NCBI GenBank assembly: GCA_051362555.1
Contig: CM120646.1
Coordinates: 1,364,001 to 1,428,000 of the forward strand
Direction of reading: 5' to 3'
Source: Lingula anatina
Taxonomy: Eukaryota > Animalia > Brachiopoda
Length of the DNA: 64,000 nucleotides
Shown one piece after another: positions 38,409-48,914 of this stretch (positions are counted from its first letter, which is position 1; each line of letters begins with the position of its first letter). The position numbers and the translations under genes were made by a program. A model generated the notes under the pieces. That model made no database searches, was not told the origin of the DNA, and saw nothing but the letters and a program-made list of their open reading frames with translations.

Positions 38409-41400
38409 TATGACAGAATGACTTACCCCAGAAGCTGTTCAGCATGAGTTTGGCCAGTGCTCGCAGACCAGGATTTTTCTCAATTTTCTCAGGGTCCATT
38501 TGAATACCCTCGTGCATGGCATAGTCGTCAATGTATTGTTGTTTCTGCTCGTCTGTCTTACACCAAGAAGGGTAACCTGATGCTTGTTGTTTTACTTTCA
38601 GGAACGTGTTGATATATTCTGCAAAAAGACCACCTGTAACGATAGAAAATGAATAATGAGATACAAAATATAAACATTTTGTCAGCTCATGGGGAACCAG
38701 CAAACAAAAATTTTACATCATTATAATTATTGAACAGCGCAAGGAGAGGCATTGAAAAAAATTTACTGATGTCATAATTAAAGAACAGGACAAGGTGCCC
38801 AGATTAAAAATGACAGATAGTCGCAAGAAGATTCTTACCTGTTCTCGTCCCTGCGTCATAGCGGCTAACGGTGTCATAATGCCAGACTTCGTGGAAGGTG
38901 ATGATACGATACCCCTTAGCGACTGCTTTTTTAAGTTCAGCAGTAACCCATGCACCCGTGAGAATTCTTTCCTCATCGGTGTGTTCGCATTGTGATTGTT
39001 GCATACTTTCAACGCAAGTTTTGCACAAGGGGAATGTTAATTTGCCATTACTTCTGTAGGGCAATACGGGGTGAAACAATCCGCGAGGGGGTAACACACT
39101 GACCTTGGCTATCCCTTCATATTGATCAAGACCTACAAAATTGTCTGTGATAACATGGGGGTGATGGACGGGGTACGAACACATTTTGTTGGTCCACGGA
39201 TACAAACTTGTTATATCTATGTACCGAATTTTCTGGGCACCCTCTGCCGTGCAAAACAAACGCGCCGCATTTGTTCTCCCGCCATAAAACGCTTCCCTGG
39301 GATTTAATGGGTCTACAATGTCCAGGGAATCTACGAAAGTTTTCATTTCTGAATTTTCTTTTAGATTTCTCTCAAACTCGCATTCCCATATCTCTTCGTA
39401 CTGTAACCCTCGAGATTCTATATAGTGTCTAGCATTCATTGTTTTTTCAAACAAATTACCCATGGTCATGTTACGCACACTGTTCATGTTCCAGGGATCG
39501 TAACAATCGCGACAACCGTGCCAGTAACAGCCGTGAAACTGAAAGACTTTATTTAGGGTGGGGCAAAAACCATCCACCCTATAATTGCCGAATTTTCTTT
39601 CACCGCCATTCCGTGCGTGTTCTAAATGAATGTCACGGCTATGAGCAATGTATGCTAACCATCTTATGGCTTTTGCAGAGGTAGTGTGTCTAGGATTGTA
39701 CCCACCCTTTGGCATAATGCCGATTGTTTTGTGAGGGAGAAACAGGGTGCGATACACAACATTACAAGCACTTGCAATGGTTATTGCTGATCGAAACACT
39801 TCTATTTGCTGACCCTTTTCGCCCGTGATCTCTAAAAACAGTTGTCTGAATTTCAAGCAAGATCTGCGTAGAATGTCGACGTCCATTCTGCAATACTTAA
39901 CAATTTCAGACTGAAAATCAAAGACATAATTCTGTTTTACGAGATCGTCGTACCACTTAAAGAAGTCGGACCGTGCATTATCGGTCATGGACTCCACCCC
40001 GTAATAGTTTGAAGGGGGTAAAGCACCGATGTAATTTTGATTGTCAGGCGTGTTAAACAAGTGTGGAAAGTAACCTTTGCTTAACCCTTTGTCCAATGCA
40101 AAAGCCGACGGTAATTTGCTCAAAGCCATGGGAAGGAAATTGTAACTGTCAATGATTTTAATGTCTCCAATTTCGATAGAAATGCATTTAGCACCTCTAA
40201 GTATAACTTTTGGCAGTAGACCCTGATTCTTTAAATATTGTAAAATGTAATACGAATCGTAACCGCTAGCATAATGGGCAAGAGCAATACAACCGCAGGA
40301 AATATTCTCAAGTTCGTCTTCGACAGGGTCTTCGTCATCGATATAATTTTCGCCTTGCAAAGCGTGTAGACGTTCTTTTTCTTTTCTTGTGACGATACGT
40401 TTTTGTTTGCGCCTGTTTACAATTTCTTGCCCTTGTCCTTCAAATAGCCAAAAACAAAATTCGTCTCGCGCGTTTGCCCCACTAAAAATCCTTTCATTTT
40501 TGCCACACACGATACATTCGCTTGTGGGCGTGACCTCTTTATCGATGCAATGCCTACACACCTTGTGTGCGACCACTAAATTTGCCTTATGATCGCCATT
40601 CTCTTTTTGCATTGCTTCGAAATCAAAGAAAACGTAGGGCATGTCTTTTTCGACTTTTCTCTTTTTCTTTTTAGAGGTGCTAGATTCACCTTGTGCAGGA
40701 CCACTTTTACTTTGCAAGGGTTGCATGTAGCACAAGTGTCCTTGTTTAACACGTGCTTTGCACGTAGTGCAGTTATACGTGAAGCAAATGTGATCTTTTT
40801 CTTTCGTTTTAACCACAAATTTGCTGCACTTCTTGCAAGTAAAAAAAGTGTTGCAGGTTGACTTCCCATTCTCCACATGTTTATGATATTCAAAACATGC
40901 GCGGGAGAGAAAAGCCCTGTTGCAGTCTTCACACCGCGTCCAATTTTCAAAAACACACTCGGTGCCCTTTCTGCAGTACCTGCATTTGTTTGCACAAAGA
41001 TGATCGGTTACCATATTGTACCCTACGTTACAAGAGGCGCAATAATACGAACGCGACATGAAACCTTTGACAGAAGTGATCACGTCGTAGTGTCCGTTAT
41101 GATGAAAAAGGTTAAGCTGTTGTAGTCGCGTGGGGCCTTTGTGTATAATAGAATTAAAATGATCGCCAGAAAAAACGATAATTTGAAAGTCACGCAAATG
41201 ATCTTGGAATTTTTTAATTTCCTCCAATCCGCATGGACCTTCAGGTACACCGGCTGCCGCGTGAAGAGCCATTGCTCTTTCTAATTGAATCGTGCAACGA
41301 GGGTCGGCGATCTCTTTGTAATTTGGCAAGTGATCAGCCCTCGCTATAGCAACGACTAATGCCCTAGCTAGGCAGAGTTCATCGCTATTACGAATAGTTA

Positions 41401-41992
41401 CGACAGATTTCTTATTTTTCAGGAAAGATTGCACCCCCATAGAACCTCTACGTCTGTGACCGAGGCCTGGCTGTGGCATAGCTACGTGACATATAGTTAA
41501 TATCACTTTGCTGTCTAACCTGAAATCTTCGTGACTTTGCAACACACGCATCAGTATAGACAAAAATAGGTCTGCGGATAATTCTGACACGCGAACAAAG
41601 GGTATGGACACAGGGTGTTCTAAAGTGTCACTCTGAAGGACTACTCTGATTAAATCGTAACCCTGAAATCCAGTTGTTATTTCTGAGAAAATACTGTCAA
41701 AAACAGCACGTACTAATGGCACTGCAAAAGTAACGGGCACCCTATCTAGGCGATTGAACCCTAAACGATAGTCACGGCAAGTGGTGCGGAATTTTTGAAC
41801 GTAACGTTCGCCTATGCTATTCAACACATAGTAATCTCGAGGGTTAAAGTGTTCCCTCTCTATTGCATCGACGCGTGACAAAAAATCAGCGTCGTACTCG
41901 TCCTCCCTTCCCCATAAATGGGCTAAAGAATTGTTTCCCTCGTCTTCCTGTCCATCACCCCCTTGTAAATAGGAATCGTTTCTTTCAGTCAT
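37574..41992 (-). CDS. Protein-primed family B DNA polymerase, 3 exons (41992-38839, 38633-38427, 38265-37574), ~1350 aa
   Basis: Exo FFDFE, AHYASGYD, YCRMDV; Pol A YIDITSLYP, Pol B KLMLNSFW|GKFGQ (restored only by splicing), Pol C YFDTDS. OTU-like DELCLARA...GHYD, Cys-rich fingers, Vsr-like RVDGF...FHGCYWHGC, NLS-like KKKKRKV. Both introns GT-AG, phase 1. Confidence 0.95.
38266..38426 (-). other. Spliceosomal intron 2 of pPolB (161 bp)
   Basis: TGG G|GTAAGT ... polypyrimidine TTTCAG|GT AAA TTT GGT CAG; contains a (CT)n(CA)n microsatellite. Confidence 0.93.
38634..38838 (-). other. Spliceosomal intron 1 of pPolB (205 bp)
   Basis: ACA G|GTAAGA ... TTTTCTATCGTTACAG|GT GGT CTT. Joins YDAGTRT to GGLFAEYINTFLKVKQQASG; in-frame stop at 38804 if unspliced. 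Confidence 0.92.
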
Positions 41993-42121
41993 CGTCAACG
42001 CAATGAAATATGAAACCGACCCTACTAACTTGTAAAAATTCTACTACTGCAATCTCAACTAAAGCAACGAGTAATCAATGAAAAGATTGCACAGACAAAT
42101 TGAGTTTTTCGTGCGCGCTCA

Positions 42122-42439
42122 CTAGAAATGTCCACAAAAACAATCTTCTCTAATGTCTGCTAAATTATCTAATACGAGATCCAATAAAAGCACCCCGTGA
42201 TCGGCTATTAGCTCTTTTTTTTCTTCTTTCGGAAGATAGGAAAATGTCCTTTCAATGTAGCGAACAACTTTATCTAAAAGGTAATGGTCTCGGAGTTGAC
42301 TAGCTATGTTGATAAGGTCTGATAAATTGTAATTTTCAATTATATGTGTCTGATTTACAATGGCTTTTGATGCTAACAAACTTAGAGATCTGGGGTTATT
42401 ACGACGTCTTAACCAAACTGTATAATAGTTATCTCCCAT
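42122..42439 (-). CDS. Maverick accessory protein, 105 aa, with N-terminal BC-box/SOCS-box-like motif
   Basis: ATG-initiated ORF immediately upstream of pPolB. PRSLSLLASKAIV fits the [STP]Lxxx[CSA]xxx[ILV] consensus. Confidence 0.6.
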   Translation of the reverse strand: MGDNYYTVWLRRRNNPRSLSLLASKAIVNQTHIIENYNLSDLINIASQLRDHYLLDKVVRYIERTFSYLPKEEKKELIADHGVLLLDLVLDNLADIREDCFCGHF

Positions 42440-42672
42440 AACTAGAACTACTGACGTACAAAAATATGCAACATAATACTGAAGTTAAAGGCAAGTCGCA
42501 TTAGGGGGGGTATCGTAAACGAAATATCTCTGCAACGTTCCCACTGGAAATTAAGAAATTAAAAATGAAAATAAGTTCTAACCCACTTAATGAATCTAAT
42601 AAAAAATTTATAAAACGAAAAGTGAAAATGATAGTAATAACATTACGAATGATTATTTACCTTATCGTAGAA

Positions 42673-42796
42673 TCTTGAGCAGCCACTGAATTCTTGATCA
42701 AAGTCGCAGCAGAGCCTTCATATGCTTTCTCTATCTTATTGCAGTCTTGAGCAGCCACTGAAGTCTTGATCAAAGTCGCAGCAGAGCCTTCATATG
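42673..42796. repeat. Direct repeat, 72-bp period x2
   Basis: tcttgagcagccactgaa(t/g)tcttgatcaaagtcgcagcagagccttcatatg at 42673 and 42745. Confidence 0.9.
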
Positions 42797-42909
42797 TTCT
42801 CTCTCTCTCTCGCTGATTTCAAATTTGTTAAAATGTCGAAGGAATGGTCAAATTTATAGAGAACGTATCCTTTATAAATTTGAAATGACCAATTGCAGTT
42901 CACTTTCCA

Positions 42910-43340
42910 TGATCGTCGGCCAATTAAAAAAGTTGTTTATTTCTATCGACCAATAAAATTTAAAAATCGTAGATGTAAATTTCAAAATTGTGTTTATTAG
43001 CTACGTATATGTGTTTATATGGTCGCTATGATCATCAGTTTAAAAACGTTATATTTTTGTCGACCAATGAAATTTAAAGACCGTTGACGCATATTTCAAA
43101 ATCGTGTTTATTAGTTACGTATATGTTTTATTTGGTTACTATGATTATCATTTAAAATTTATTTATTTCTAACGATCAACGAAATTACATAAATCGTAGG
43201 CGTGGATTTTAAAATTTGTTAATTAATTACGTATATGTGTTTATATCAACCTCGACGCATCAGTTTAAAAATTATTTATTTTCATCGATCACCGAAATTT
43301 TAAAATTCGTAGGCAAGGATTTTATAACTTGTTTATTGAG
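42910..43340. repeat. Degenerate ~113-bp tandem repeat (~3.7 units) in the divergent intergenic region
   Basis: Anchor cga(c/t)ca at ~42946, 43060, 43172 and 43285; shared tacgtatatgt; CCAAT in the first units. Confidence 0.8.
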
Positions 43341-44180
43341 CTTGGTCTTCAGTAGTCAAATTCCATTTAAATTCCCTCTATAGACATCGTGCAGCATAAT
43401 TGCAGGGTAATTCAAAATCCATCGTTAGTAATATAATCATTTTATTTGCTCGAGACACATTATAAGGTGGATACGCACCATGTGTTATGTAAGCAAGGGG
43501 TAAGGGTGAAATATTTGAACATGTGTTGATAATACACTAGGCTTTCAAACGCTCTAATGCAAATAGCCGTTAACGCCTTTGGACAAACTGTACTTTCAAA
43601 AGAGTAATAAACCGGGCGCATCAAAGGCAAAATCAGTCGCAGATGTCAATCCTATCCACGGTCCTAATGAGTTTCCCGTCACACTGACAGTGCAGTGCAA
43701 AGATAATCCTCCTAACTATCAACAAAAGTCATGGTTGTAAATTTTATAACAGTTTCCCTATTTTACAAGATACAATCCTCATTTTCACTCTAGCTTTCAT
43801 CGTAATCACATGCAAAATGTTTCCCCTGTTTGTACTGCTCACACTTTTCAGCACTGCGTTTGCTGACTGTATGACAGAAATTCCTGATTATATCGTCAGA
43901 TGTACAGGAGAGATCGAAAACGGCCAGACATATTATGGTAAGCAAAACTAACACTTTACGTGCTCTGTGGTAAAGCTTATTACACAACTCTATAGGTTTT
44001 AATGCACACGTTGGCAGCCATAGCGTTACAATCAAAACACTGCACTGTTTGCTGGGTCCATCATGTGCAATTAAGGGTTATATATTTAAGAAAGTTTACA
44101 TAGGTGTCGATGAATATCATCATGCATTAAGTTATAAAATAAACCCTTCAAGTAAGTACAGGTCAATTTAACAATTGGCA

Positions 44181-44843
44181 ATGTACGAGATACACCTAAA
44201 ACATCCTTTTACAGCTCTTATAGCCGGCCCAACTGGCTCCGGAAAGACGATGTGGGTTAAACGATTGTTAGCAAATACTGACACGTTAATATTTCCCTCG
44301 CCACAAAAGATAATGTACTGTTATGCAATTTGGCAGCCGATCTACGACGACATTCAGAGTGAACACCCTGACACAATAACTTTTTTTAAAGGTATTCCGA
44401 CAGACCTTAGTGACGAAGCCTTTTTTGATTCTCAATTGAATAATCTGATAATTCTCGATGATCTCTTTGCTGAATGCGGGGACGATCCCCTGATACGTGA
44501 CCTTTTCACAAAGGGGTCTCATCATCGTAACATAAGTGTAGTGCTGATTGTGCAAAATTTATTTCCCAAGGAAAAACATGCTCGAACTATATCGCTGAAC
44601 TGTCATTATTTGATCCTTTTTAAAAATCCTCGAGATTTGCTGCAAGTCAAAACGCTAGGAATGCAAATGTACCCCAATGACCTTAAGCCGTTTATAGATG
44701 TTTATAAAGACGCCACAGTCAATGCACATGGTTACTTACTGATAGACCTTCGTCAGAGCAGTTCGGACAACATTCGTCTGCGAACAAATATCTTTCCAGG
44801 AGAAACGCATTACGCATACACTCGCAGCTCTGATGTACCATGA
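44181..44843 (+). CDS. A32-like (FtsK-HerA) genome packaging ATPase
   Basis: Walker A GPTGSGKT, Walker B LIILDDL, KGSHHRNISV, FKNPRD, RLRTNIFP; first ATG at 44181. Confidence 0.95.
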   Translation: MYEIHLKHPFTALIAGPTGSGKTMWVKRLLANTDTLIFPSPQKIMYCYAIWQPIYDDIQSEHPDTITFFKGIPTDLSDEAFFDSQLNNLIILDDLFAECGDDPLIRDLFTKGSHHRNISVVLIVQNLFPKEKHARTISLNCHYLILFKNPRDLLQVKTLGMQMYPNDLKPFIDVYKDATVNAHGYLLIDLRQSSSDNIRLRTNIFPGETHYAYTRSSDVP

Positions 44844-45160
44844 AAGCCGGGTCTGAGAAATTGTATAACGCTCACGTAAAATTGCTTTTAATTGCCGACA
44901 AGAAACTTATAAAAGCTATAATACAGAATTCTCACTACGACCTTGTTCGCATATTGTCTAATTACGCATCTAATCTACTGTATAATACGGATATTAACCT
45001 GACTTCGAAAGAAAAATTGTCATTGCGCAGAGTTAAACGCGTCATCAAACAATTGGCTTCTAAAGGAGTTTCCGTACATCATAAGAAAACATTATTGTTA
45101 CAAAACATTCCTGCGGTGAAGGCTATTGTCACATCTATAACGCGAAATGTCGGTCTTTAA
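44840..45160 (+). CDS. Small basic Polinton protein of unknown function (106 aa)
   Basis: ATGA overlap with the ATPase stop; helical Lys/Leu-rich pattern like the ORF typically following the ATPase in these elements. Confidence 0.7.
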   Translation: MKAGSEKLYNAHVKLLLIADKKLIKAIIQNSHYDLVRILSNYASNLLYNTDINLTSKEKLSLRRVKRVIKQLASKGVSVHHKKTLLLQNIPAVKAIVTSITRNVGL

Positions 45161-45860
45161 GAAAATGGTATTAATTAACGAGGGCGAACTAAATGCATTA
45201 AAACAGAGAGTTAGTAATAATTATTCCCCCCTATTGGAAGAAACTGTACGCCTAGAAAATGAAATGACAAAGACTATGCAAAGGACTGATATACCTTTTG
45301 ATGAAAAAATGAAGCGGTACAACGAATTACAAGTCCAGTACTTGAAAGTCGCACGAAAGAAAGAGCCGGTTGCAGTTGTTGTGCAAAATACGTCACAACC
45401 CTCGGAAGCACATCTTGGAGCTGACACCACTGTCGCAACCGTTACACCTGACGTCAAGTCAGAGCCTGCTTCTGTAACATCGCATCTTCATGACGAGATT
45501 TTGGATTCAATTCCACAGCGTATGCGACGGAAGGCTAGTGTTATTTTGAGATACATGTCCAATCGTCCTAATGTGTTGTCATATAATGATCAGGGTGAAA
45601 TAAAATTCGAAGGAAATGTCATTCGAGGAACAAATATAATAGATTTATTCCACGATCTTTATGTACCGCGCAAGAAATACAAACCTCAAGGACTAAACAC
45701 CTTTTTACAGGGTTTAAAAAGTCTAAATATACCGCTGAGTAACATCTCAAATGTAACGAGACGCAAACAAATGATGGCGGGGGAGACTTCTTCAAGCCCT
45801 ACCCAGCGAGGCACGGGACATGCGGTCAAGTCCAAATTGTCTTTATTTAACATCTATTAA
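45147..45860 (+). CDS. Conserved Polinton protein (PZ-like), 237 aa
   Basis: KKMVLI...LENEM...KMKRYNELQVQYL and YNDQGEI...GTNIIDL...PQG...F...NIP motifs recalled from Maverick ORFs; AATAAA follows at ~45914. Confidence 0.7.
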   Translation: MSVFKKMVLINEGELNALKQRVSNNYSPLLEETVRLENEMTKTMQRTDIPFDEKMKRYNELQVQYLKVARKKEPVAVVVQNTSQPSEAHLGADTTVATVTPDVKSEPASVTSHLHDEILDSIPQRMRRKASVILRYMSNRPNVLSYNDQGEIKFEGNVIRGTNIIDLFHDLYVPRKKYKPQGLNTFLQGLKSLNIPLSNISNVTRRKQMMAGETSSSPTQRGTGHAVKSKLSLFNIY

Positions 45861-45924
45861 AAAGTTTAGAACGCAAAATATATTGTCACAAAGCTTTATT
45901 TTTATTTCAGTCGAATAAATGTGT

Positions 45925-46452
45925 TTAATACAACAATCCTAGTGTTTTCCTTGATCTACACACCTGAAAATTCGTATTTACAAGATCGGATATGATGAAA
46001 TGTGCGTGAACGTAATCATACACTAATATATCGTTAAACTGTTTATCGTTCGTAAATATGCTAAGAACTTGGTCTAGCTTTTGCCCTCTAGATCGGTTTG
46101 ACAAGTAATATATACAATACTGCCCACACACTTTGGTATATACGCTCTGTAATGCTTTGGTATTACAGGTCCACGCAGAGGTAGAGTTATCGTCCAAAAA
46201 ACGTTTGAATTTGTCGTTATAATGATACGGTGTCTTAGCATAGGAGTCGAAAAATTCTCCCGCTCCATATTGGTCAAAGTAAAAAGCGACCCAGTGCGCT
46301 CCAGGTTTGTCGTGTGGATCCGTATTAGCTACGACGCATGCAGGATACGTCCATATCTTGACGGGTAACATATCTGACGCAAACACTCCTTTAAAACAAG
46401 CGCTTGTAATAGGGTCACCCTTAAGAATGCACTCAATTTGTTTCGTGTTCAT
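45925..46452 (-). CDS. Adenain-like cysteine protease (capsid maturation)
   Basis: NTDPHDKPGAHWVA (His), FFDSY (Asp), LQ...CGQYC (Gln/Cys); ATG at 46452 just after the MCP stop. Confidence 0.93.
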   Translation of the reverse strand: MNTKQIECILKGDPITSACFKGVFASDMLPVKIWTYPACVVANTDPHDKPGAHWVAFYFDQYGAGEFFDSYAKTPYHYNDKFKRFLDDNSTSAWTCNTKALQSVYTKVCGQYCIYYLSNRSRGQKLDQVLSIFTNDKQFNDILVYDYVHAHFIISDLVNTNFQVCRSRKTLGLLY

Positions 46453-46454
46453 CT

Positions 46455-47777
46455 TCAATATTCCACGTATACGCTGCGACGTTGGTCAATTTTTATAACG
46501 GAATCGAATTCGGCCATTACAATCAACACGCTGTTGTCTACAGCTTGTCCAAACTCGAGTAAAATGTTTAACGAACCCTGCTTTGTTGGTGATACATAAT
46601 TGTCGAAATTCTCGTCGGAGGTCAAGTCGAAACCAAACAACATAAAACCGTTAAGATACTCAGCTCTGTCAATGTCGTTATCTTGCTCCGAATTTACAGC
46701 GCCGACTGCCGACAAAAGGTCATAGTACGCTCTTATATAGTTTAACCCTCCGTTAACAGTAAAATCTAAATTGTAAGGTTTAAAAGGTATTTGTTCCCCC
46801 GCCACCAGTAATCGCAGCTGCCTTAAGAAATTATGTTTAAAATTAAACGGATTCTTTTCAAAATTTCCGGAAAATGCATCATCATCAACCATTGCGATAA
46901 TGATTCGTTTAGGCATAGTGCCTATGTAAACGTTATCCAGGTTTACATTTCTAACTCCGTTGGGTAGGTTGATAACTTTCACTTCCCTTCTAGTCATAGG
47001 ATAACAAGCTAAATGTTTCGCTAATATGTTTTCGTGAGCCAGTTTCAGACGGTCAGAAACTTTGACCCTCCTTACAAAAAGAGATATATTTTTTATCAGA
47101 AATTTTTCGTCTTTTGTCGCCGTATCGGACATCAAACAAAATGCATGGGATGTTCTTCTCAGTTTAATTCGTACGTCAACGTTGTTCAAAAGTAGTTTAT
47201 CTTGGTTTGCCAAATCGATTTTTAACGCCCCGTACATCTCCACCGTTCTACTTCTCTGGAACCAGGAACTGCGTGCTTGTAATCCCTCATTGCCAGGGTC
47301 TCCGTCAATATCCGTATCGTCCATCTGACCAAAAGTGTCCCTATACCACATTTCACTTGTCATCCACGTTTCTTTAGCATTTTTCCCACGATACAATAAA
47401 TTTTCCAGGTACGCACGATAGGCATACGTGTTTTGACCTAGGGTTATCAAATGATCATTCAGCTCCACGTCCACTGCTGCAAATAAGGAGTGAAGCGTAT
47501 TGTTCACGACTGCCGTGTCTTGCCCTGGATCGAGGTCGGATCCATCAGCCTTGACGATTTTACCCTCCACATATAAATTTATTTTTGTTGTATCGATGTA
47601 TTCGTCGGGAGTGCCTTTAATGACAAATTCTATCACAGGGCTCACGTCTGATAAAGAGGAGACAGGGCGTATCTCCTCCATATTACTAGACAAAATTTCC
47701 GTTTGAAAATGTTGACGGGCATTGCTAAATAAATCAAGCTCCGATTTTACGATTGTGTCGTTCGCGGGGTCAATCAT
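46455..47777 (-). CDS. Major capsid protein (double jelly-roll, PY), 440 aa
   Basis: KSELDLF, YAYRAYLENLL, QDKLLLNNVDVRIKL, PKRIII, NPFNFKH, FGFDLT; size and position typical. Confidence 0.92.
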   Translation of the reverse strand: MIDPANDTIVKSELDLFSNARQHFQTEILSSNMEEIRPVSSLSDVSPVIEFVIKGTPDEYIDTTKINLYVEGKIVKADGSDLDPGQDTAVVNNTLHSLFAAVDVELNDHLITLGQNTYAYRAYLENLLYRGKNAKETWMTSEMWYRDTFGQMDDTDIDGDPGNEGLQARSSWFQRSRTVEMYGALKIDLANQDKLLLNNVDVRIKLRRTSHAFCLMSDTATKDEKFLIKNISLFVRRVKVSDRLKLAHENILAKHLACYPMTRREVKVINLPNGVRNVNLDNVYIGTMPKRIIIAMVDDDAFSGNFEKNPFNFKHNFLRQLRLLVAGEQIPFKPYNLDFTVNGGLNYIRAYYDLLSAVGAVNSEQDNDIDRAEYLNGFMLFGFDLTSDENFDNYVSPTKQGSLNILLEFGQAVDNSVLIVMAEFDSVIKIDQRRSVYVEY

Positions 47778-47779
47778 GT

Positions 47780-48142
47780 CTAAAAATTTGTATCTCGTGC
47801 CTTGTACGAACGTGTCCGCTTTGTCTTCTTAATATTTGTACTTCTGGCTACTTTCGGAGTGTTGTGCCTTTTTATAGTCATGGAGTTTAATGTTTTTCTT
47901 ATGACGTCACCATTAACATACAATTCTGGTTTCGAGGCAGGTCGCTTTTTAGCCTTTGTTTTTGAAGGGGGGTGCTCAGTGTGCTTCGACTTTGTTAGTC
48001 TATTTACATGCAGTACTTCTGCGTGTCGAGGTTGCACCAATCGTCCCCCTCTCTGTAATCGAGCTCCTCGGTATTTACTTATCGAACCCCCACCTGTCTG
48101 CGCCTCGTATCTTTTCACAAGCGCTTCATACACAGGGTCCAT
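47780..48142 (-). CDS. PW-like basic core protein, 120 aa
   Basis: Lies between mCP and MCP. YEAQTGGG...YRG...QRGG resembles protease cleavage motifs; Lys/Arg-rich tail. Confidence 0.75.
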   Translation of the reverse strand: MDPVYEALVKRYEAQTGGGSISKYRGARLQRGGRLVQPRHAEVLHVNRLTKSKHTEHPPSKTKAKKRPASKPELYVNGDVIRKTLNSMTIKRHNTPKVARSTNIKKTKRTRSYKARDTNF

Positions 48143-48144
48143 TG

Positions 48145-48876
48145 TTATAATAAATTCTTTCTGCGAAAATGAAGTGTTGCTATCGCTTTCCCACTATCAA
48201 ACTGTACTAACTCACCCGTGTCACGACTTATATCTATTCGAATTGTATCGATTTGACGACAATTCAGAGGGACGTATATGGGATTGTCAAATGTTTTTGT
48301 GACTATCTGTCCGTAGTCCCCATTAATATTGACGATCCTCAGTAAATTTGCGGAAGCGTCACCAACCATCTGATTTTGAATAACATCTGTATACACGTAA
48401 AGAGAATTGAACCCTAGTGTCATATTAGGAGGAAAGGGAGCTATCGTATCTGAATTAAGTCTAGTGTTAGAATTAAATCCAAGCAATTTCGCCATGTCTC
48501 CCGCAACATCAATATATGCTCCAGATTTCAAGTGAACTGTCACTCGTCTGCTGATAATGTTATAGCCTAAAGTGATGTTTGTTTTCCCGATAACTGTCAG
48601 CTGGTTGTGAATTTCTGTTATTAGATCATTAATTGTCGGATAGTATCCTGCAGAAATTCTCATTGTGTTCGATTTTAGACCGTCGTAATAACCGAGTGAA
48701 CTATCCTGTACGTTATTCCACGAATATGGGTACTGCAGTTCGATCAATGCTACTTCATAATCACCTTCTAGATTTAACGACGACGACAATTTTGTTTGAA
48801 AAGACTCGGGTCTATTGTTGGGGAAATACTTGAAGCTGCTGTTGGATGGTAAGATAACATGAAAAGACGACGCCAT
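48145..48876 (-). CDS. Minor capsid protein (penton, PX)
   Basis: FHVILPSNSS..YFPNN, YEVALIEL, LYVYTDVI..QMVGD..ANLLRIV, TLHFRR; first ATG at 48876. Confidence 0.9.
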   Translation of the reverse strand: MASSFHVILPSNSSFKYFPNNRPESFQTKLSSSLNLEGDYEVALIELQYPYSWNNVQDSSLGYYDGLKSNTMRISAGYYPTINDLITEIHNQLTVIGKTNITLGYNIISRRVTVHLKSGAYIDVAGDMAKLLGFNSNTRLNSDTIAPFPPNMTLGFNSLYVYTDVIQNQMVGDASANLLRIVNINGDYGQIVTKTFDNPIYVPLNCRQIDTIRIDISRDTGELVQFDSGKAIATLHFRRKNLL

Positions 48877-48914
48877 GGTTTCAAATGATATGCACAACTG
48901 TTTACAGTTTGCTT

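Noticed and set aside
37574-39012. pPolB as a frameshifted pseudogene or three separate genes
   Set aside because: Canonical GT-AG introns restore one continuous frame and conserved motif B.
42661-42820. 24-aa repeat peptide (YEGSAATLIK.SVAAQD) encoded by the 72-bp duplication on minus
   Set aside because: No in-frame ATG after the upstream stop; treated as leader sequence.
43790-44035. 81-aa ORF in the Maverick intergenic region
   Set aside because: TTG start, no recognisable motif; cannot be supported, although a small spliced gene is not excluded.
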